In this document: piece by piece, positions 37,593 through 49,592 of the stretch
Layout: the number at the start of each line of letters is the position of its first letter
Numbering within the stretch: position 1 is the first letter of the stretch
Assembly: GCA_965649825.1 (NCBI GenBank)
Contig: OZ287703.1
Span: 863,722 to 927,721, forward strand
DNA: 64,000 nt
Reading direction: 5' to 3'
Source: Penicillus capitatus
Lineage: Eukaryota; Plantae; Chlorophyta
Position numbers and translations under genes: made by a program
The notes under the pieces: model-generated
Seen by the model: the letters and a program-made list of their open reading frames with translations, nothing else
Database searches by the model: none
What the model was told of the DNA's origin: nothing

Positions 37593-38316
37593 TCAGTGCT
37601 TGTTCCGTCTGAATCTTCTGTTGAGGAGGAATGAGACCAACCCCACGGCGGCGGCTGTTCCGAGGACGACGATTGACCTAATCATCCATCCACACGTGAG
37701 CACGGACGGACCCCTGTCGGCGATCGCACCTTTTCCATTTCCTGTTCGGCTTCTCGGACGGTTTGCCTTGCGGCGTTTCATCTTCGGACGAGCTGGGTGA
37801 TATCGGCGTTGCGATTCGGCTGTTTCGTCGGGATCGGCGGCTCGCAACAATCGTCCAGCTGTCATCCAGCTCGCCTTCTTGAAAGCTTCTTTTCTTTATG
37901 GTATAGGTATCTTCTTCTGGTGATGTCTCCTGAGACTGTTTTACAGCGAGCTCCGAGGTCTGGCGTTCGATGCGGTCCAAGATTTCCTCGGGAGACTAGA
38001 ACAACAGAGACACCACTTAGCGATCGTCCCTATGCTCGGCAGGCGCATCTCTCATCTTCCAGAATCCCGCAGAGCCGCCAGCGAGAGCACATCTCCCAAA
38101 GAACCCTTTTGGCGTTGTCGGTTATGGCGGCTGAGCACCAAGGCGCAGTATTGAGGCAGACAACGCGACGGTCAGGGTCGATGTTCGCACGGAGGCTGCT
38201 TTGTGAGAGATGGCGTGTACCTCGACGTCGGGGATAGATTCGTCATTGAGCGATTGCAAAGGCTCGAATACGTTGCGCTCTTCAAAAGCAGCCAGACTCG
38301 AAACCACGTCGGCCAT
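37593..38316 (-). CDS. Hypothetical tail-anchored protein (spliced)
   Basis: Hand splicing gives MADVVSSLAAFEER..KWKR-SIVVLGTAAAVGLVSFLL-NRRFRRNKH; a 52-nt intron joins the acidic/Ser-rich region to the TM tail in frame. Confidence 0.55.
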
Positions 38317-38546
38317 TCTTCCTTACTGCAGATTTTGAGCGGATAGAAAAGAGAACTGAATATCTGAGGGAATAAACCAATATACGGTCAAACCGCGAAT
38401 GACGGTATCTATCAATCCATAGCGCCTCGCAGCGGTAGCGAACGGTTAGGGCCATGCGCAACGGCTGCCAAAAAGGAGAAGCATTACAGACGTACGAATG
38501 CATGTATCTCGCTCATGCCGAACAAAATGGCCAAGGGTGCTGCTGT

Positions 38547-39181
38547 TCAGGGTCCAATCTTAAACATGTTTGGCACTTCGGCACAGGTTCCTGGTTGGTT
38601 GCCCTAGACGCACGCCATCATCAAAGCCGTCACGCGATAAGCGATTTCTGCTCTACTTGGCATTCGATCTCCTTGTCTTCCGTGATGAACTTCACGTCGC
38701 CAGCTGTAGCCGGAACGTCACATCCGAAGAAGTTCTTAGGAAACTGGCAGGTGCCGTCAGTCAACGTCCTAAAGTATGGTCACCGGCGATCGTGCCAATC
38801 GACACGGCAATACCTCGATCGTGCAAAATTGGCGTAGCTCGTGGCCAATCGTTTTCGATCATTCAGTGCCTTGTTCGCTTCACTTGCGGCCTTAAGTTCC
38901 TCGATCTGGGCAGCATCCAACCGTCTCATGACTGACCCACTGGGTCAGATGCCTTACAATGTCTGCCTGTGCTTCAGGGGCGACGACGGTAGCAGCAGCA
39001 AGGAGCAGACCCGCTCCAAGAAGCTAAACAAGAGATGTCGTTTGGCGATGACATGCTGACGCGGTACTTGTCGTCGTGAAGAGATGTCATGTTGCGCTTG
39101 GCACTGAAGGGGGATCCGTCCTGGACGAACAGCGCATCTCTGCGGAAGCTCGACACGGATACTAGCACAGCGAACGAACAT
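38547..39181 (-). CDS. psaN: Photosystem I subunit N precursor (5 exons)
   Basis: Spliced product ..SSRRQLLGAGLLLAAATVVAPEAQA-DIIEELKAASEANKALNDRKRLATSYANFARSRTLTDGTCQFPKNFFGC..KFITEDKEIECQGNQPGTC..; twin-Arg Tat signal, AxA site, four Cys. Confidence 0.95.
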
Positions 39182-39436
39182 ACACCCGTGCGCACGAAAC
39201 AAAGCGACCTACCCAGTAAAGGACGACGGCGACGATGTGAGACGCATGGCGACGACGAGCAACCGAGCGCGAAAGAATTTGAGATTCTGCGCAGATCTGA
39301 TGATGATGATGCCGACGGAGCGTATGTTCGTTCGTTTGACTGCCTCGACTGAGTCATCTTCCAGAGCGAGCCGACGCTGAACGCCGTCTTCTTCAGGGTC
39401 CCTTCGTCGACGTGTCTCCAACAAAACGCTGTTATT

Positions 39437-40153
39437 ATGTCTGCAAAGCCGGACGGGCAGAACGCAGCGAATGCCAAAGAATTGGCTGAGGTGAATGCGA
39501 AACTGACAAAAGCAGAAGAACGCAGTAACAATCTGGAAGAATTGAACAAAACGTTGAGAGAGGAGGTGAAGACGTTTAAGGCTAAGGTGACCGAAACAGA
39601 GAAACGAGCGACCACTGCACAAGAGAACTCCACGTCGACGATCGCGTCGCTCAAGTCCGAAATCGAAACGTTGCGCAAGAAGAACGCCGAACTGGACGAG
39701 GCGCTGCGCAAGAAGAACGCCGAAGTGGACAGCGCTCAACAGACGACGGAAGGCAAAACGAAAGAACTGGAGAAGCAGATGAGCAATGCGATGGAAGGGA
39801 CGGCGCGTATGCAGAAAGAGTTGGACACGGCAGAGAACGAGAGACGTCGAGCCGAGACCGAAAACACAACCTTGACATCGCAGCTCAAAATGGCACTCGA
39901 TGAACTGTCCGAAGTCCGACACCGATTGCAAGAGAAGTCTGATGAGGCAGAGGAGGCAAAGAAAGAGGGATCACAGCTGTCACGTCGTTTGGAAGAAGCG
40001 ATGCAGCAGTTGGGCAATGCAAAACCGAGAGACGATGAAGGTGTGGCGGAAAAGAGACCGGCATCACAGTTGTGGCTCACGGCGGGTCTTACAGCATGTG
40101 GCACAGCTGCTGCCCTTTCACTGTTTTTTATGAAGTACTATGCCAAAGTGTAA
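39437..40153 (+). CDS. Hypothetical coiled-coil protein with C-terminal membrane anchor
   Basis: 238-aa ORF of E/K/Q-rich heptads, C-terminal LWLTAGLTACGTAAALSLFFMKYY; head-to-head with psaN. Confidence 0.7.
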   Translation: MSAKPDGQNAANAKELAEVNAKLTKAEERSNNLEELNKTLREEVKTFKAKVTETEKRATTAQENSTSTIASLKSEIETLRKKNAELDEALRKKNAEVDSAQQTTEGKTKELEKQMSNAMEGTARMQKELDTAENERRRAETENTTLTSQLKMALDELSEVRHRLQEKSDEAEEAKKEGSQLSRRLEEAMQQLGNAKPRDDEGVAEKRPASQLWLTAGLTACGTAAALSLFFMKYYAKV

Positions 40154-40685
40154 AGCTGATGGAATTTGTGACGACCCCGAGAAGTGACATGGACAACGAG
40201 CGAGTGTGTGCGTGATGTCGAAGGAGCGACGTGCGCGTCGTGGTGGGTGAGATGTTGGGTTCTGTTTTTGGCGGCGGATTGCCTTTCTAGACAACAATAG
40301 ACAACAACGAGATGCGTCTGATGGTCAGACGAACGATCACGCTACTCGATGCGTTTTCCCACCTTCAAAATGACGCATCTCCCTCTCCCCATATCAAGCA
40401 GGGTGCTCCTGTGTACAAGGTCATGGAAATGCAGTTTTGAAGTGCTGGTTGAAAGCATTCTTTATTTTTGGCTGAAGATTTGACAACGGCGGCACGACAA
40501 TACTCTACAAGGAATTTATCTGGAGTGATTCCAGCAAGCAAGCACAAACAAACAAACATAGGACTCAGTCATTATTTCAGCGCCATTCTTGGAAAGGGAC
40601 GGTTAGGGAGAGGATCATAGAAAAGGGGATTATCATACTCATCAATCACAGGAAAAGAAGTAGGCACTAACACACATCGGTCTTC

Positions 40686-43600
40686 TCAATGGTGCTCGTG
40701 CATGTGAGAATCCGAAACAGACCACAAGACTTTGTCCATCTTTTCTTTCCCTATGCACAGCAGCTGTTGAAATTTTTTTCGGCAGGTATCGAGATCGCTT
40801 GCTTTTGAAGAGGTTGTGTTATTCTGAGGGCGTACAGTGGCGGGTGAGGCGAGGCTCCTTCTGGAGGATGCTGTTGGGCGAATTTCATTCATGGTGACAT
40901 CCATAGAAGGCACCTCATCCAGATGGTCGTCGCCCTCGAAATCATCGGTCTGTAAGTACAAGGTGGTCGGGATCACTGAACGTTCGCCCTCAGATTCTTC
41001 TTCGGACACGCGAGGCCGCATTTCGTGTTCCTTGTTGTGGCTGTCTTCCCACATCGTGTCACAAGGCCCTAGAAAGGCACAGCAGATGTGAGGACGACGG
41101 TTAAGGCGGTTAAGCAGGATACCATCTGTGTTTTTAAGGAAGAGATCCCTGGAGACCGTGGACTGGACATCAAAGGTAGAGAGTTCTTCAATTTCGATGT
41201 ATTCCCCTCCATCTGCTGAAAGCACGTCTCCGGAGGACTCAGATTCATATCCTAATGACAGGTTAGCTTTCTGTGTATGGCTGTCGGCCAGATGAGCAGT
41301 ACGCAGGAATGTTGAGGTTGGGAGGATCAGTGGTGTTTTGGGGAGGCCAGAAAGGCCATCGACAAGGGAATTTTCTCGCAGATGCGCTCGATTTCCGGAG
41401 AGAAAATCGAAGGAGGCTTGCCGTGGAGGTCGTAGTGAAGGAACCATTGCCACTGGATTAAAAACGCACCATTCGATATGGGGCACCAGAGATTGAGAAC
41501 GGGGCAAACTTTGACGACTGGCGATCTCTCCACGCGAATCGGACGCGGCAAAAGAAGGAGAGTAGCCATGGTGCACATCATGATACGTTTCGTACGTATC
41601 CGGCACGGTCAGCTCAGAGCTGGAGAACATAGAACATGTCTCTGCTCCACACAAGGGATCTGCTGCGCTCTCTCCACTCCATTGCTGCGGATTGGCACCA
41701 TCCTCCTTGGAAATGCCTAAGAACGGCAGAGAGACGATCAATTTCCAAATAATAATTGGACATTCAACAACTACACATGGGTTTGCCCAACAACAAACAT
41801 CTTTCTTTCCTTTCTTGATGCACGATGAAGTTGTTGTTATTCAACAACTTGAGAGAGAGATGGGGGCAGTGACTGCACAGGATAAAAATTCGCGTTTTTA
41901 TTCGTGTGCAGGGCACGTACTATAAGACAAAGTAGAAATAGCAATTGCGCACATTGGCTGGCAATCGTACTTGAAAACTTCACTGAGAAAATAGCAAAAA
42001 ACAAACTTGTACACGATGAGTGCACTTTCATGGACGATTCGCGAAAAGCAGACAACAAAGAAGAGCAGTTTTGCGAAGTGACAGCTTAGACACTATGGCC
42101 ACCTCTTGAAAAAAGAACAGCTTTCCTCTTGGCGCGTCCTAAACAGAGAGATCCAGTAACACGCTCAAAAACACAGAGAAAGAAAAAAGAAACAAATAGA
42201 ATAGGGGGAGGAGCAGGAAAGAGAGGAGATGGTGTGGTGGGCTTACCAGGTGAAGGTGTTTGTTTGGCATAGCCATCGTTGTTCGTCATTATGGCATCCA
42301 GCTCATTGTGACTCGCACTTCGACGGTGTCCACTTGGCTTCGTTATGGCAGCGACGGAGATCGGCAGTGATGCAGCATCATGCGATCCAGTTGATTTACG
42401 TCGAAGACTCTCCTCAACTGGCTTGGAGAGACCTTCGTTGATGCAAGAGAGCGGATCCTCCATAGATTTGGAGGGCAGATGATCTACAGAGACGTCTACC
42501 CTTAACAGATCTTGTTCGTCATCGACAGCGGCATCCAAGTCAACTGCCGCTCTATCTTCCTCCGAATCCCTATCGACATCATTGTTGTCTGCTTCCCCCT
42601 CGGTTTCACTGACAGCCTCTGACAAAACGTCACATCATCATCAAATACTGTGTCTGCAGATCGAGCGAGGCAATGGAGTGCACCTTGCGAGCTGTCGTCT
42701 TTGTTCTCGGTATCGGATGTCTGGGAAGTATGCTTGGTCTCCACAGTCACGTGTTCCATAGGTGCTGCAACTGTTGTTTGAAGGGATAGGTCATTGACAT
42801 CTTCGACGATGGTTTGCAGCGTCTCGTTCTCTTCCTGTATTGCTTCCTTGGTCGTGTCTTCTAGCAATACTTCTTGCTCTGAAAATCTTTGTGATGATGA
42901 TGATGGTTCATTAGCATCCATACAGGATTCCATGAAATTGGATTCCGTTGAAAATAATCGTAAGTCTTGGGAGAAGGTGTTCGTCAAGAGATCCTGACTC
43001 ATCAAGGTATCCAACAATCCATTGACTTCATTCTCAAACTCAGGCAGAAAATCCATTCCTAACTCGGGAAAGGACGTCGTTTCATACTTCGGATCGCGAC
43101 GTCTGGCTTCTATTGAGGCACTCTCGTTGACACTCTCTGAAACGGACGTCTCGGTTTTTATTGCATCCCCCTTGGCACCATCTGTGTTATTACACGTCTG
43201 TTCTGCAGTTCCCGTCTCCAGAACAGTTCTCGATGGTACAGCATGGACTGAAGCAGCAATCACATCATCAACATGTGTTGTTGAAGGCTGATGTTCTGGC
43301 AATGCATCACGTTGCACAGAGGTGGCCGTCGTGGCATCCACCTCGACTGGTGAAGACGGAATCACTCCCGAGTCGAACGGAGCAGGCATTGGAAAATCAT
43401 CCAGTTCGTCCAAAAAATACGCTTTGACTTTATACTCAGACGGCTCACCGTCTCCCACTCTAATTCTTGGTAACGTTCTCTTCACTTCGTCAAAAGGATC
43501 ACCCAAGTCTGAATCGTCATCAATAATAGACACACTGCGAATCATGGCACTGGCACTGTCTTCACTAGTATTCTCTGTCAGAGACACGAGAGACTGAGGC

Positions 43601-45105
43601 TGGGAGAGGAGTTTCGGCTGAGGAGGTGGGCTCTCAAACGGTAATACGTCTGGGGGTCGTACGGAGGGGACACCCAGGGCACTCTTGGATCGCACCGTTT
43701 GTTTTGCCTTTTTCGTTTCCGACTTTAGACTCTTCCCTGAAGATCGCCCACTTCTAGCGCCACCACTCTTAGCAGCGGAGGTGGTGGTATGGCCTGTCTT
43801 TTTGCTGCTCGTCGTTGCTTTCTCGCCCATCTTGCTCTTCGCTCGTGTACCGAGCTCAGTACGAGCTGTCGTAGATTTCTGAGACGTTTGCGATTTCTTA
43901 GACGACATCTCCATGGCACTGAGTCTTCCCGAGCGACTCTTGGGCCCTGCCATTCGCGACATCCGGGACGAACTCCGCGGAATTGTCCGAACTCCTAGGC
44001 TCGTCGCAGGACGCACTTCCGCCTGTCGAGTCTTCGTCTTTGCAACGGACGTTTTGGTTTTCTTCTTTTCGCCCGACGTCGTCGATCGGGATTGGCAAGA
44101 CTTCCTCGGCTCCTCGATCGGATCTCCAAAACTGACTTTCTTGGTCGCCGAGCGTGTTGTCAGTGCCATCGACGTCGCAGGACGCTTGTTCATTGGGCTC
44201 GTCTTCAGAATCGACCGGGTTGTCCCTGATCGATCATCATAACTGCTCATTCGACTCCCCGTTCCGCTCAGGGATGTCTTGGGTCGTGGCGGGGCATGGG
44301 TCAGCGATTTCTTTCCTTTCTTCTTCTTCGCTGGCACTGGTGGCGGCGGACACTTTGGTATTTTGGAAGGACGCTCCCGAATTGACGGAAATGGCTCGAA
44401 GGACGAGATGCAAAAATCCGTTCGAATACTGGGACGGGGATACTGTGGAATCCGACTGAGTACCAGAACGGACCGACGTCGATTACTGGCGCCGAAACCA
44501 AAAGCAGAGGAGCAGCGTTCCGTCTGAGACGCATCCTCTGTTTGAGCAGTTCCCGATGGCAACGTGTTCTCTCCCCCAACCGACGTTCCTGCCGAATCAA
44601 ACGTTGGGAGATCCTCGAAGCTTCTCTCCTGAAAGCAGACAGCGGGTCAGTGTGACGGACATAGATGTGACGAAGCGAACGATTCCGAGATCGGATGTAT
44701 CTAAAACAGGTGTTTGTGTTCCGTCCTGGTGATCCATGGCTTGTCGAAGTTCCTGTAATTCGCGCTGCACAGAGAGCAGATTACCACGAAGCGCTTCATT
44801 TGACGTCTCGCTATTTGAGACTTCACACTTGTCCAACTGCACAAACAAACATCGGGCATTCAGGGATGCATCGCCAGTTAGAGGGCAGTGTTGGCCGTGT
44901 CCGTGCGTGGAGAGTGTCACGTCAAGTGATGGGATGTCTCACCAATTGCGACAGCAGACGTTGGTTGCGAGAGACGAGCCATATGGCCTTCATTGTATTT
45001 CGTGCCGGGTCGTAACTTTCGATGCGAATCTGATACTTCCCGTCTTTCCCTTTCAAAGGCTGCTCGAATGATGCGGAGCCTGTCGTCGTCATGATACCAG
45101 CACAC
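40686..45105 (-). CDS. Large hypothetical low-complexity/disordered protein, multi-exon; ends uncertain
   Basis: Same-strand long ORFs 42502-44562 (686 aa; K/S/T-rich then acidic), 42086-42625, 40686-41741 and short upstream ORFs; no recognisable domain. Confidence 0.55.
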
Positions 45106-45999
45106 CTGTACAGAACCGACGTTTAGCTGACCCTTCTGCCTTCGACAACGAGGCCACTGCGATGTATGGCTGTACTTTGTGAGCGTATGACAGTGAATCT
45201 GTTTTGGTGAAGGACTCTGCTGAAATGGTCTGTACGAAAGCCCGGAAAATATGACAGACGGAATATGAAACGAGAAAACGCTACTCTGAACAACACGTGA
45301 TACAGAGTTTCAACCGCCGTCACCCGGAGACAATTGAACCGCGGCGACACGACGCGAACCTAGACAATGCTGTGACGAACCGGTTAGGCCGTACGATTAG
45401 AAACAACGCCTGAGGTGGAAAACGCGTTTTCGAAATCGTCTGAGACGGCGGTAAATGCTCGCGTCTATCGACTATTGAGCTGATGAGAAGGTACATGCAC
45501 TTAACAGTCGAACCGATTGAAGGGCGACGTTGATGTCGGTCTCTTGTCTAAGCTGTGACTGGACTGCTCAGGCATATGAGGGCCTCGATTCGCCAGGAAG
45601 TGTTTGGCCGGCGAAGAGATTTTGGCGTCGTCGTTGTGCCGAACGCTGAGAATACAGGCAAGACGATTGCCGCTGCGGGCAGTACCTGTTCAACAAGAGG
45701 CAAGCGAGTGAGTGATATGTAAGGGTTGCCGTAAGAACGCCGCGGCGTCGTTTGATGAATTGATAAAGAGTTCCATTTTAGGGAAAACAGGAATGCTAAG
45801 CTCCGCCTTCGGATAGAGCCAGATAAAGCAAGGTTTTTGGACCGTCCGTACGTTTTGCCCTGAAGGTCTGTCCATCCGCGAAGCGGCCCTCGCAAATCTA
45901 TTCGTTAAGGTTATTAAGCGGCGTCGTCGAAGTTTACTAAGCTTACTCCGCCGAAAGTGAGCGCATAGAGAACGACCGATAATCTCGAACCTGTCCGAT

Positions 46000-48900
46000 T
46001 CGCGGATGGTTTCGAGAATAGACTAAGTCAATAGTATTAGTCTAAACAAACATGGATTGACTAGTTTAGTCTCTCTAAGTCTATCAATCAGTAGAGTGCA
46101 ATTGAGTTTAAAATAAAAAGTGGTTCAACAGAATCGAACAGTCCAGCATGCCGTAAGAAAGAATCCTTATCCACGATGCAATAAGGGCGACGCATTTGTT
46201 TAGTACAGCTTCGGATAGAGACTGCTAATGACCGACATTTTTCACATTAGCTAACTCATCTGCGGCTGTAGTGTAACCCTTTGTCAGCAATATTTGTTCG
46301 TTCAATAACTGTCGTAAATGATATCCCATGAGCATGAGGTGACAAGGGTAGTTATGTAGACTTGTAATGGTAAGAGTGGTAATCGGGAGGTGCGACATAA
46401 AACGAACGTCCTGTGACAATAGCTGATAGCGCAGAAGCCAATAATATCTTGCCCTTGTCATCGTCGGACTCTTCAGGAATTGTATAATGCTTTTGGTAGA
46501 CGTATCCAACAAGTGCACATTTCTATCAGATGTAAATCCGCTTGAGAAATATCATATGAAACTGTTGTAATTGCAAAGTTGCTATAGCAGATTGTCGATG
46601 TTGCTTGACATAAAGTGGGATCTCTTGGGAAACTAGTTGATAGCACTCGATGGCGTCTTTGTCTAATCAACGCCGTTCACAAAGCCCCAGTTTACAAAAC
46701 GGAAGTGAATTTTACCACTTGGTTAAACAAAAGAACTCGCATCTTCTCTGTAAGTTTCAATCCTCTTTTGAACATTAGTATTTTGCTATCATTTTCATAC
46801 AAGCCAAGAGACACGAATTGGTGTAGCGTCATTTTGTCATTGGCTCGACAAACTTTAGAATGTTCGTAAGAAAAACACGTTTTCTTTCCGACTCGTTCGA
46901 CTCTGAAGAAGCTTCGTCGACCACTAAATCTGCTTCTACTCAACTCATCTTGTTCCAAGATCCCGCCGTCTATAAAAACACAATATTGTTAGCACTCTAA
47001 CCGGATGCTTTTCGTTTGTAATGCATGGGCCCCCCAACAGTCTTGCATACTAAAACGAAACTATGATTTCAAACTCTTTAGTTTTTTGGAACCGAGAATT
47101 AATGAATAAGAATCTCTATCCCGTTTGTCAAAAACACAATCTTGGTCACGGTCTAAGAGGCAGCCTATCGTCTGAAGTGCGTTCGGCCCTAGGATTGGCG
47201 TTGTTCTTTATCTTGTACATTTCAAGCATTTGCGTAATCACTTCTAATGCGACCAATGACGTAAATTTTTCACAATTGTTTGTTTGCATTTCCAATCAAT
47301 TCTATAATTTTCACGATACTTCCAGTGTGTTCCTCTAATTTATCGGTAAGACGATGCAGAATTATAAGCCGTCGCAATTCGTACACGAAGCTGTCCTAAT
47401 GTTAGTATGTCGTACACGTCACACGTATGCTAGTCAATCTATTTGGTTTTTGTCTCGTTCAAGACAAATTGTTGGGTCATTTCTTGCCAAGGAATGTTGG
47501 TAGCACGTTTGTTTGTAGCACGTTTGTTTCTGCTCCCGTATCTCCTAGGCACGATACCTTTTTGGGAATCCGGCAAGCTGTAAAACAAAATCATATTGAA
47601 TTTGGCTTTGTCGCCATGTTCCTTAACGTCTATCTATACAACGTCATCCAAGGTATATGGTCTTCGGCCACTGTGTCTGTGTTTCTTGGTGGACAATCTT
47701 ACATTAAGTACCCTTCTTGCCGCAATGTTCACAAAGATATCCTCGTCCATTTAATCTATCCTGTTGTTTGCCGGTAAACATAATTTTTGATATGCTTCTT
47801 CCATTGGATAAAAACTCATGCAAGATAATCCGAATGCGTGACTGCTTGAGGAATTATCACAGCCAAGTGTCCTAAGTTGGCTTTTGTCTTCGGATAGGCG
47901 ATGTTGAAAATTCTTTCCAATGCAATGGTGTATTTCTCGGGATATCAAGTTTTATCGATTAATGTCGTCAACCAGATCGTAAACTGGCCGATATCTTCCT
48001 TTCCTTGAGATAGTAATGTTTGTGGGTCTTAAATCGTTGAATCGAACAAAGACGACTGGCCTTGAGCTCTTTAAATGTGTAGCAACAACGTTTGCCGATA
48101 AGTTGTGGATGCATTGATTGGTTTGCGTTGAATTGTTGTACGTGAAGTTTCGCATGTGGAACATGACGTAAAATACAAACCGATTAGGACCTTCAATGGT
48201 TCCTTAACAAGTAACGCATACATTTCTCACTTGATTATTGTTCACACCGTTGGACAGCAAATTTTGTCTAAAGTTGTCAGAAACCGCTATAAAATAACCC
48301 CGAAAAGGAGAGTCACTTAACGGGAAATGCACAAATAAACAGTTTCATGGTTCTTTTCACAGAAGTTGCCACATCAATTCGTACACCATCGAATCCATTT
48401 TCCGACAGAAGAGAATGACGGTCGATCAAGGGTTATTAGTCCATTTAGGGGGATAATGATCTACACGCAAGATCTGCAAGGAGCGCCACGACGGCTGGCA
48501 CCAGATCTGCAAGGAACGCCACGACGGCTGGCACCAGATCTGCAAGGAACGCCACGACGGCTGGCACCAGATTTCTTCTAACACGACGCGATTACAAAAA
48601 ATGCGATCATATAGTTTAAGTTTACAGCTTCTTTTGCTAATGACATGTGGTGATTGGCGATCAATGAACCGAATCGCTTCAGTGACCACCAAATCGCGGA
48701 TAACAACATAATTTGTGAGCATAATAGCCAACGTTGTTGTGAAATCGTGTCAAATCTCGAGGTGAACATGCACGAACCTATGCATAAAGTTCCTACGTTG
48801 TAACAGGAACGCTAAGAACATACAAATGAAGTTCTTAATGGTGCATACGAACCGAGAACATTCAAGCGAACTGCATTGTCAGAATAGATTTGTATTCAAT

Positions 48901-49300
48901 CCTTGCAATTTTGGAGCATCATTGTAAGATTCTTTGACAACTCTTGTGTCACATGGTATCGTTTGCATTCGTTGTTGTCCAGTGACTACCCCGTTCTTCC
49001 ATAAAAACCATTCCATTCAAATGAGCTAGGTTGACCGACAAAAAAGAGTGGGGACAAGTCATCATCCAACAACATTGCCGCGTTTCTGTCGCATCGACGC
49101 TGCTGCACGAACGCCAAAGCATATCGATTTTTCTGTCCGCGGCATTCCAGTGTCTGTTGTTTGCCTTCGCATTTGTCTGTATGATGTGTTTGAAATCGTG
49201 TTGTTTCGATCTTCTGGTCTTTGATGGGATGATTGTACCACCGATTCAAAACACCTGCGAACGCCTTTTGACTCGACGGCCGATGTCTCATGGTATCTCT
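46000..49300. other. AT-rich island of decayed, unidentified coding-like DNA
   Basis: Visibly lower GC than flanks; only short interrupted ORFs, mostly on the minus strand; no clear intron pattern; contains local tandem repeats. Confidence 0.5.
48470..48572. repeat. 33-bp tandem repeat, 3 copies plus a partial
   Basis: AGATCTGCAAGGA(G/A)CGCCACGACGGCTGGCACC starting at 48470, 48503 and 48536; no spacers. Confidence 0.95.
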
Positions 49301-49592
49301 GGCCTTGAAATTGGTGATCAGTCACTCAAGCAGTCGCGCGACTCTCACGCCAACATCGCATGCGTCACAGACATCCGTTTAATGCGTATTTATCTGCCTA
49401 GATTTTTCGTTCGCTGTCGAGAACGCCACCTGTGTTTTATTGAAGAAGACTCGTAGTCTTGCTTTCGTGTTTCTTTGTCTTCCTTCTATGAGCAATACCT
49501 TCGAAATAAATCGTCGCGGCAGTCATGAACACTCGCAAACGACAAAAGTTGCTAAATACCCGCTCCTTCTCTTGCCACGCGAATACCGTAAT

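Noticed and set aside
38454-38837. Plus-strand ORF with KKFLGNWQVPSV resembling flagellar FAP126/Flattop
   Set aside because: It is the antisense reading of psaN exons; the similarity is limited to a few residues.
48370-48410. GFDGVRIDVA (minus strand) as an alpha-amylase catalytic motif
   Set aside because: Isolated match in a short interrupted frame with no other GH13 motifs nearby.
48470-48572. 33-bp repeats as a CRISPR array
   Set aside because: Units are head-to-tail with no spacers and there are no cas genes; it is a minisatellite.
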